Of a DNA stretch of 64,000 nucleotides, positions 56,819 to 64,000 are shown piece by piece (the first letter of the stretch is position 1; each line of letters starts with the position of its first letter). The DNA lies in contig CAXXYE010000008.1 in NCBI GenBank assembly GCA_963674865.2, forward strand, positions 160,001-224,000. Reading direction: 5' to 3'. The notes under the pieces are model-generated. The model saw nothing but the letters and a program-made list of their open reading frames with translations. It was not told where the DNA came from and did not search any database. Made by a program: the position numbers and the translations under genes. This DNA is from Candidatus Hydrogenedentota bacterium. Lineage in GTDB: Bacteria; Hydrogenedentota; Hydrogenedentia; Hydrogenedentales; SLHB01.

Positions 56819-57883
56819 TCAGTCCTCCTTCGTTTCCATTTGCCGGCGGCGAATGTAATCCCGCGCCACGCGAAGATCTTTGAGGGCGTCCGCGGCCTCG
56901 CATAGGGGCGTATCCTCGCCGCGCACGGCGCGGACGAAATTCGTTGCTTGTTGCCGCATGGCGTCCACCCACGGCAGTTGCGGCGTAATGGCCTCCGGTG
57001 TGGCGTCGTCGCCCGGATCCCGGTAATACGTCACACGGCCGGGCCGATTGCAGGCCAGCGGCGCGGGCAATTCGAGTTTGAAGTAGCCTCGCTCGAAAGC
57101 TACGAGCGCCTCCTCCTGCCAGTCTCGCGTGGTGCGGAACGGCGTCATCTCGATGACGCCGGGAACGCCGCTCGCACTGCGCACCGCCAGCAGGACGCCG
57201 GAGGGATCCGCGTAGTCCACTTCGTAATCCTCACCGAGGAGATGGCGCATCAGGTTGACTTGGTGAATGTAATAATTTACGAAGCTTTCGTAGGCCTTCT
57301 GAGTGGGCTCGTCCATATCGCTCGGGGGGGGATCGTGTCTCAGCGGCGGCGATGCCTCGTCGCTTCTCAGCAAGTGGCTGAAGCCGCCGGCCGTCCAGTT
57401 GCCCTCGGGCATGAGGATGCGCACGTAGCGAAGGGCGCCGAGCTCGCCGCCGGCCGCAAGGCGGGCCATCTCCTCCTTGACGAACATCGTGGCCGGGTCG
57501 CTGCGTTTGTGGTAACCCACCAGATGCCTTGCCCGGCTGGACTTCAATGCGGCTAGAACGCGTTCCCCTGCTTCGATGGAGCGCGCCAGCGGCTTCTCCG
57601 TCAGTACCGGGACGCCGGCCTTGAACAGGTCGGGCAGCAGCACTCCGTGCCGCGTGAACGGCTGCGCCGCCACAATGGCGTCAACCTTTTCGCTGCCCAG
57701 CAGCGCCTCATGATCTGGGTAGACTTTCGGGACACCGTATCGTGCCGCGACCTCTTTGCCGAGTCCCTGGCGCAATTCCGCGAGGGCGACAACTTCGCAA
57801 TCCGCGAGGGCGGCGTAGTTCCGCAGATGGGCGCATTGTCCCATCGCGCCGACGCCCACAAAGCCTATCCGAACCTTGTCCAT
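56819..57883 (-). CDS. Gfo/Idh/MocA family oxidoreductase
   Basis: GFVGVGAMG, LTEKPLA, VGYHKR.DP; GGAG RBS. Confidence 0.85.
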   Translation of the reverse strand: MDKVRIGFVGVGAMGQCAHLRNYAALADCEVVALAELRQGLGKEVAARYGVPKVYPDHEALLGSEKVDAIVAAQPFTRHGVLLPDLFKAGVPVLTEKPLARSIEAGERVLAALKSSRARHLVGYHKRSDPATMFVKEEMARLAAGGELGALRYVRILMPEGNWTAGGFSHLLRSDEASPPLRHDPPPSDMDEPTQKAYESFVNYYIHQVNLMRHLLGEDYEVDYADPSGVLLAVRSASGVPGVIEMTPFRTTRDWQEEALVAFERGYFKLELPAPLACNRPGRVTYYRDPGDDATPEAITPQLPWVDAMRQQATNFVRAVRGEDTPLCEAADALKDLRVARDYIRRRQMETKED

Positions 57884-57956
57884 GCTGCAGTCTCCTCCAA
57901 TGCCTGGGGCCACATCATAGCGTGCGCCCGGCGATACGGCAACGCTGGCGGGCGCT

Positions 57957-58814
57957 TCACCGTACGCATCGGAACTTGGGCGCCCAGCCTAACCGTTCGC
58001 GCGCCCGGCTGCAATCGACAAACGCGCCGAAGCCGTCACACTGCGCCAGCTTCTCTCTATCCACGGCGATTCCTGCAAAGAAGCGCTCCGCCAGTTCAAG
58101 ACTGGGAACACGGCTCAACTGATCACTCGCGTTCGCGAGAAACACGTCGAATCCACCTGGGGGGGCGTAGTCGAGTGCTCGCTCGAACAGATCGAGCAGG
58201 TCGCTTGTCCCAACGTATTCGTTGAGGTGAGGAGAGCGGGAGTCCTGACGCGCCGCGAATCCCGGCTCCTCGTCAAGGCGCACGATGTAGGATGGGCGCA
58301 GGGCTACCACGGGCTTCTTGAATCGCGCCGCATAGGCCTGGCACCACTCTTCACATTGTACCTTTGAGCGTGCGTATGGGCTCGTCGCGGAGGTCAGGTG
58401 TGTCTCGTCGAAGGGTAATCGCGTAGGCAGGTGTTCCTCCCGCGGCGGATCGTTGAGTCCGTGCCAGCAGATCGACGAGACGTAGATGAACTGCTCCACC
58501 GTTGACGTCTGGCCTGCCGCCTCGAGGACAACAAAGGCGCCCACGACGTTTGTCTCTACGACCTGCTCAAGGGGCGGAATGTTCCAGGGAATCGCGGCGC
58601 AATGAATCACCGCGTCGCATCCTTCCATGGCCGGGCGCACTGCCGCGGGGTCCGTGATCGATCCCGTGAACACATCTCCGATGGCGCGCTGCGCGGGGTC
58701 GCCAGGAGGGGCGAGGTCCAGTTGCGCGACATGATGGCTCTCACTCAGGAACGCTGCCAGCGCATGGCCCAAACGGCCGTTCGACCCGGTTAGAAGGATT
58801 CTTTTTCGACGCAT
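57957..58814 (-). CDS. NAD-dependent epimerase/dehydratase
   Basis: LLTGSNGRLG, IHCAA, YVSS, PYARSK (YxxxK). Confidence 0.85.
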   Translation of the reverse strand: MRRKRILLTGSNGRLGHALAAFLSESHHVAQLDLAPPGDPAQRAIGDVFTGSITDPAAVRPAMEGCDAVIHCAAIPWNIPPLEQVVETNVVGAFVVLEAAGQTSTVEQFIYVSSICWHGLNDPPREEHLPTRLPFDETHLTSATSPYARSKVQCEEWCQAYAARFKKPVVALRPSYIVRLDEEPGFAARQDSRSPHLNEYVGTSDLLDLFERALDYAPPGGFDVFLANASDQLSRVPSLELAERFFAGIAVDREKLAQCDGFGAFVDCSRARERLGWAPKFRCVR

Positions 58815-59022
58815 GGCTCCCTACTTTCCGGCGCGTTTCTGCGGCGCGCAACGACGCTACGGTATACTTGCGCGCCCCACTCGTTTTCAAGCCGAGCGGC
58901 CGTAAAACGGCCCGTTTGAGCCTCCCGACTTCATTCACTAGAATGGGTGTAAATCTAAGAGGAAAACGCGTGAATCCTAGCGAGTATCCGGAGTTCTTCC
59001 GGCCTGCGTTCAAGGGGGAAGG

Positions 59023-61341
59023 ATGAGTGACAACCAAAGCGCGCTAATACGCCAGCGCATGTCGAACCTCGTGAGTTGCACAAGGCATAGGAGTGGAATT
59101 GCGCGAGCGAGGCGAGGCGGCAACGTTGCAGGTTCTCACCGATTGAAGTGCGCTGCCACGCTGGCGATCCTGTGCGTCGTCGCGGCCATGAGCAGCTCGG
59201 GGCAGGCGATCGAGGACGCGCCAGCCTCTTCCGCGCCCGATCTGACGTCGCCGCGCGCGACAGTCACCTCATTCCTCGAAGCCATGAACGCGTATCGCGC
59301 TGGAAAGGCCGCGCGGCTGAATGACGCGCTCGGGTGCCTCTACCTCGGCGACTCGGGGGGGCGTGTCCAGCCTGGCGAGGCAACGGACTTCGCTCTCCGT
59401 CTGTACGAGATCATCGCTCATTTCACGCTCGATCTTGAAGCGATACCTGATGGCGGCGACGGGAAAGATGTGGAATTCACGCTGCGTGAGGATGGCGAGG
59501 AGAAGCGAGCCGTAACGCTTTGTCTCCACCGGTACGATGATGGCGCATGGCGGTTTCCATCCCGCACCATCGCCGAGGTGCCCGAACTGTATGCCCAGCT
59601 CGTGGCGGGAGAGGAGGAGGTTGGTGCGGCGGACAACGCCGGCCCACTCTACTCGCCCCGCGGCGCCGTGCGCACCTTCATCGAAGGGATGAACCGGTGG
59701 GATGAAGGCGGGAAAGAGGAGGCGCTTAGCACGCTCGATCTTTCCGCGGTTCGGGAGCAGGTCCGCGAGTCGGAAGGGGTCATCCTGGCCGAGTTGCTCA
59801 AGCAGATTCTCGATCGCGATCATCTGATCATCTATGAAGCGATTCCTGATGATTCCGAGGCTGAACGCTACGTCATGAAGCTTCGGCACGCGCGGGAGTC
59901 CATCGTCCTCGTGCCCGTGGAGGGCGAAGACGGGGCGCGGGAGTGGAAGTTCAGCGCCTCGACGCTCGACGCGCTGCGCGGCATCTATGAGCACTACAAG
60001 GATCGCCCCGTCGTCGTCGGCGTGCCCGGCGCCGAGCCCAGGACGTTCTCCCTGCGTGCGCGCAACTGGGTGGGCAAACGCTATCCGATCCTCCTTAGCG
60101 AGACGATCTACCTGGAGAACTGGCAGTGGCTTGGCCTATTCACGGTGATCCTGCTCGGGATGGCGTTGAGCCGGCTGGTGGCCTTTGTCCTCGCCCTCCT
60201 AATCCGGAAGCGCTTCCAAAGCGAGGCCATGTCTCTGGATGTGCGTCTCGAGCGCGACTTCATCCGTCCTATTCGCATCGCCCTGATGGCGTGGGTTTGG
60301 TACCTGGGCCTGATGTTCCTTGGGCTGCCCGCGAACACGCTCTTCTTCTTGCGGAGCGCTGCCCAGGCCATCACGGCCGCCGGGGGCGTCTGGGCCGTCT
60401 ACCGGCTTGTAGACATCCTAGGGAGTTTCCTCGCCGAACGCGCCGCGCGCACGGATAATCGCTTTGACGATATCCTCGTGCCTCTCGTTACACGCAGCCT
60501 CAAGATCTTCGTCGTGGCGGTGGGTATCGTCTTTGTAGCGGAGAACCTGGGATTCGACTACAAGACGCTGTTCGCCGGACTGGGCCTCGGGGGCCTCGCG
60601 TTCGCCCTCGCCGCCAAGGACACGGTGTCCAACATATTCGGCTCGCTCACGATTCTCTTGGATCGGCCGTTTCAGATCGGCGACTGGGTGATCATCGGCG
60701 ACGCCGAAGGCAGCGTGGAAACCGTGGGGATCCGCAGCACGCGCATTCGTACCTTTTACAACTCTCTTGTTGCCGTGCCTAATTCGCAGCTCATCAATGC
60801 CACCATCGATAACATGGGCGCGCGGCGCTATCGGCGCATCAGCATGAAGATCGCCATCACCTACGACACGCCGCCGGAGAAGATCGAGGCCTTCTGCGAA
60901 GGCATCCGCCATCTGATTCGTATCCACCCTTACACGCGCAAAGACTACTACCACGTCTGGCTGAACGAATTCGCCAATTCCTCGCTCAACGTTCTCCTTT
61001 ATTGCTTCCACGAGGCGCCGGAATGGGCTACCGAACTGCGTGAAAGGCACCGTCTGTTTCTCGACATCATCCGGCTGGCCAACCGACTCGGGGTCGAGTT
61101 CGCCTTCCCGACTCAGACTCTCCACGTCCGCCAGGAAGCCGGTGAACCTCCCGCGCATGCCGTGTCCACACCTCCGGGAGCTACGGAGGCCCTCGTTTTG
61201 GGCCGCCGGGAGGCCGCGCACATTGTCGCGGATACCTTGGGCAGGGACGCATCCATCCCGCCGCCCGTCGATTTCGGTGCTGTTCCGGACGACGACATGC
61301 CCCTGCGCGACGCGAAGGTTGGCGGCAACGACGACACCTAG
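59023..61341 (+). CDS. MscS family mechanosensitive channel with large N-terminal periplasmic region
   Basis: GLGGLAFALAAKDT, DRPFQIGD, G.VE.VGIRSTRIRT, VPNS, FAFPT; duplicated SPR..V..F motif; start uncertain. Confidence 0.88.
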   Translation: MSDNQSALIRQRMSNLVSCTRHRSGIARARRGGNVAGSHRLKCAATLAILCVVAAMSSSGQAIEDAPASSAPDLTSPRATVTSFLEAMNAYRAGKAARLNDALGCLYLGDSGGRVQPGEATDFALRLYEIIAHFTLDLEAIPDGGDGKDVEFTLREDGEEKRAVTLCLHRYDDGAWRFPSRTIAEVPELYAQLVAGEEEVGAADNAGPLYSPRGAVRTFIEGMNRWDEGGKEEALSTLDLSAVREQVRESEGVILAELLKQILDRDHLIIYEAIPDDSEAERYVMKLRHARESIVLVPVEGEDGAREWKFSASTLDALRGIYEHYKDRPVVVGVPGAEPRTFSLRARNWVGKRYPILLSETIYLENWQWLGLFTVILLGMALSRLVAFVLALLIRKRFQSEAMSLDVRLERDFIRPIRIALMAWVWYLGLMFLGLPANTLFFLRSAAQAITAAGGVWAVYRLVDILGSFLAERAARTDNRFDDILVPLVTRSLKIFVVAVGIVFVAENLGFDYKTLFAGLGLGGLAFALAAKDTVSNIFGSLTILLDRPFQIGDWVIIGDAEGSVETVGIRSTRIRTFYNSLVAVPNSQLINATIDNMGARRYRRISMKIAITYDTPPEKIEAFCEGIRHLIRIHPYTRKDYYHVWLNEFANSSLNVLLYCFHEAPEWATELRERHRLFLDIIRLANRLGVEFAFPTQTLHVRQEAGEPPAHAVSTPPGATEALVLGRREAAHIVADTLGRDASIPPPVDFGAVPDDDMPLRDAKVGGNDDT

Positions 61342-61497
61342 TCCGGGCGTGCCGCTATCGTGCCTTGGGCCTGAAGCGACGCGGAGGGTGTCGGCCTAAG
61401 GTTTTTCCGCAGTCAAGAAACTCGGAAGGCGCCCGCGCGCCTCCTCCCGCCGATGTGTCCACTTCGGCGCGAAGGGCCGCCGGACTTCCGGGATCGT

Positions 61498-61605
61498 CTA
61501 CTTGTCCTTCTTTTCTCGCTTCAGTTTCCGTCTCTCCTTTGGCGTGGCCTTGGCTTTTTTCTGCGACTCTCTCTTGCCCTTGTCTCGTTTCCCTTTGTCA
61601 CCCAT
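61498..61605 (-). CDS. Very small basic protein (35 aa), not in ORF track
   Basis: MGDKGKRDKGKRESQKKAKATPKERRKLKREKKDK*; GGGAG RBS upstream. Confidence 0.55.
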   Translation of the reverse strand: MGDKGKRDKGKRESQKKAKATPKERRKLKREKKDK

Positions 61606-61666
61606 GTTCGTCACTCCCTGATTGATGATGTCTGTTCAGCTACGGCCGCAGCATGCGCCTCGTTCT

Positions 61667-63421
61667 TCACTCGCCCAGCAGTCGGTTCAGTTGCCGGATG
61701 TTCTTGCGAATGCTCTCCGGCGTGAAGAAGTACTGTTGAGGCAAGGAAGGGAATCCTGAACCGGAATGAAATCCCATCCGCGGATCGCGGGCCGCGATGT
61801 CATGCGCGTCGGGGAGGTGATTCAGTTCATCGCGCATAATGGCTTGAAGCGGGGCGAGGTGGGAGCGGGTCCATTTTTTCCGTAGCCGATAGGCGCGATA
61901 CACGTTCCAGCCGCTGTGAAAGCAATGGCCGGCCATGCGCGCTGTGTCCGCCTCCTTCCGCGCCGTTGGCGATTCACATCCAGCTATCCCATTCTCGAAG
62001 TGCTTGACGCCCCGCCACCAGGTGCGCGTCAGCGCGCCAAGGCCCTTGATGATCGTGCTTAGTGTATACGGGCCAAATGTTTCACTCAGTTCATCACCGC
62101 GTTTCGTTGGGCGCCACGAGGAGCCGATGTCGCCCTCTTTGAGAGGGCCCGGCACAATGGGATAGGCCACGGCAAACGTCAGGGGCGCTTTGTATAGAAA
62201 CGGGATGGAGAATGGATAGTGGTCCAGGGCGCGTACGAAGAGTTCCCATGCGGCGATGACTTCCTGCGCGTTGCAGCCGGGGAAATATGCACGTGCGAAT
62301 GCCGCCAAGGCTTGTGGCCGCGGCAGAAGGCGTTTGGCGGTGAGGAAGGAAGTGAAGGCCGCCGTGTTGGCCGTGAGCATGTTGCCGAAATTCCAGCAGC
62401 CCATATATGAAGTCACGCGCAAGCGGCGCATGGCCCGGGCTTTTTCGTGCAGCGTCCCTATCACCGGCAGATTGGGCACCACGCCCAGCTCGTGCGTTGT
62501 GTCGATTTGCAGCTTCGCGAGGGTCTTCATGCCGCGCCGGCGGGCGGCCTTCACGGAGGCCACGAATCGTTCACTTGGGCCGGCGTAGCTGAGGGCGTAT
62601 TCATCGATGATGCGGTGCTTGCCTAGGACTACCTTGGAGCCGCCGCGCTCGAGTCCCACCATGAGGCGCACATCGCGCGGCAGCATATGCAGGATCTCCT
62701 TCTGGGGATCCTTTTCGTACATGCTCCACGACCAGTTCCAGGCAATCATCTCCGCGCCGTTTCCGGCCGCGCGGAATCCATCATGAATACTGCCGATGAC
62801 GTCTGCGATGATCTCCTTCGGTTGAATTTGTGCGCAGCGCGGGCATCCCAGCGGCTCTGCCTTTGCGGGAAAGAACTCACAGTCCGGCTGGATCGGGTAG
62901 TGGGAATAGCAGTGCGCCAGGTATTCGGAAGCCGTGATCAGAATCGCGCCGCCCAGGCCCGGCAGGCGTCGGGAGAGCGTCTCGGCCGCTTGGTGAAGAA
63001 ACGCTCTGACTCTTGGCTCCGAGGTGCACATGGCCGAGAATTGTCGGTCCCCCTTCCCCTCCGTCACGCCGCGCGCCTCAGGATGTTTCTGCCAGAAGGC
63101 AGCGCTCGCGGGCATACTCATGGGCGGCTGCATATAGAGGAAAAGGCGAATGCCTACGCGCTCCGCCCGTCGTATCACCGTTCGCAAGCTTCGAAGGTGT
63201 GCGGCGCTATTCGTGGCCAGCTCGGGGAAGATCTTTGTTGGCGCCACATCTCGGAGATAGGCATGGAGCCAAACGGCATTGAATCCGGCCTCGGCCAGTT
63301 CCTTCAGATAGTCTTGGGTGTACACCTCAGCCGCGTGGAGTGTCTCATCCACATAGAAATTGCTGTACGGCGAACGCCAGATACGAAGTGAGTCGTCACT
63401 TGCGGAATGTTCGCTATGCAT
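61667..63421 (-). CDS. Hypothetical protein (possible glycoside hydrolase-like barrel)
   Basis: 584-aa ORF overlapping the sialidase stop; LAEAGFNAVWL and GIRLFLY recall TIM-barrel GH N-termini. Confidence 0.6.
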   Translation of the reverse strand: MHSEHSASDDSLRIWRSPYSNFYVDETLHAAEVYTQDYLKELAEAGFNAVWLHAYLRDVAPTKIFPELATNSAAHLRSLRTVIRRAERVGIRLFLYMQPPMSMPASAAFWQKHPEARGVTEGKGDRQFSAMCTSEPRVRAFLHQAAETLSRRLPGLGGAILITASEYLAHCYSHYPIQPDCEFFPAKAEPLGCPRCAQIQPKEIIADVIGSIHDGFRAAGNGAEMIAWNWSWSMYEKDPQKEILHMLPRDVRLMVGLERGGSKVVLGKHRIIDEYALSYAGPSERFVASVKAARRRGMKTLAKLQIDTTHELGVVPNLPVIGTLHEKARAMRRLRVTSYMGCWNFGNMLTANTAAFTSFLTAKRLLPRPQALAAFARAYFPGCNAQEVIAAWELFVRALDHYPFSIPFLYKAPLTFAVAYPIVPGPLKEGDIGSSWRPTKRGDELSETFGPYTLSTIIKGLGALTRTWWRGVKHFENGIAGCESPTARKEADTARMAGHCFHSGWNVYRAYRLRKKWTRSHLAPLQAIMRDELNHLPDAHDIAARDPRMGFHSGSGFPSLPQQYFFTPESIRKNIRQLNRLLGE

Positions 63422-63998
63422 CGCCTTCTCCTTGTGTCAGCCAGTCCAGCGAGAAGCGCATGAACCGGATCCATTCGCGCCGGTGCTCCCGGCCTCCTTC
63501 AAAGACGATCCCGATGTCTCCGTCAGACAGACGCGCAAGTGAGGAGTAGGATGACGGGCCTCGGTGGATCAGTCTCTTAACGGGCCATGTCCGGCCTTCA
63601 TCATAACTGAGTTTCACCGTCATCCTGGTGCGCTTGACCGTGCCAAAGCGTTCACCCGATACATCCGGATTCGCAAACAGCAGGCAGTCACTCGTGTCCT
63701 GCCCGGCAACGCTGTAGTGGATGATGCTCGCCTGGCAGGGGCACTCATTCAGGGCGGCGTCCCAATAGACGGGCCCCCACGTTTGTCCTCCGTCCTCGCT
63801 GAACGCCACGGCACGGCAACTCTTGCCGGTGTTGTCCCGCATGTTCAGCATGAGTTTGCCATCGCTCAGTTCCACGGCCTGGCACTCGTTCGTGGGCGCT
63901 GAGACGCGGTCGCCAAAGGCCCAGGTGCTTCCATGGTCATCGCTGTATAGGATGCAGGAACGGCAGCCGGTGCGCGTCGTGGAATCGAGAATGCCGGT
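63414..63998 (-). CDS. Sialidase/BNR (Asp-box) family protein, 5' end outside window
   Basis: Asp-boxes SDDHGSTW, SEDGGQTW, SYDEGRTW; NEC..VEL, SSYSSL, VFE. Confidence 0.85.
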   Translation of the reverse strand, partial: TGILDSTTRTGCRSCILYSDDHGSTWAFGDRVSAPTNECQAVELSDGKLMLNMRDNTGKSCRAVAFSEDGGQTWGPVYWDAALNECPCQASIIHYSVAGQDTSDCLLFANPDVSGERFGTVKRTRMTVKLSYDEGRTWPVKRLIHRGPSSYSSLARLSDGDIGIVFEGGREHRREWIRFMRFSLDWLTQGEGDA

Positions 63999-64000
63999 GT

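Overview
High-GC bacterial chromosomal window. It carries many Tat/lipoprotein-exported sugar oxidoreductases, sulfatases and hydrolases; the lineage cannot be determined from this window alone. Housekeeping content: yicC-gmk-rpoZ-coaBC, tatA, tRNA-Met(CAT), a two-gene SufC/SufBD (SMS-like) Fe-S operon, DtxR plus a split feoB, two-component systems and MscS. Accessory highlights: (1) a 1418-aa restriction-modification enzyme with an apparently intact REP-associated tyrosine transposase (RAYT) and its GTAG-type REP arrays inserted in frame, plus a second in-frame REP array, so that REPs bracket the likely specificity region; (2) tandem serpin-like lipoprotein paralogs whose predicted reactive-centre loop is replaced between copies; (3) a glycosyltransferase operon with an Alg14/PssD-cobalamin radical SAM fusion and a second B12 radical SAM; (4) a complete IS1202-type element with a 17-bp target duplication; (5) a Hel308/Ski2-like helicase fused to an OmpR-type winged helix; (6) nested small repeats/MITEs, an IS200-like relic, and an MNT-HEPN toxin-antitoxin module between 37-bp direct repeats. 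All calls come from manual motif reading; no database searches were run.
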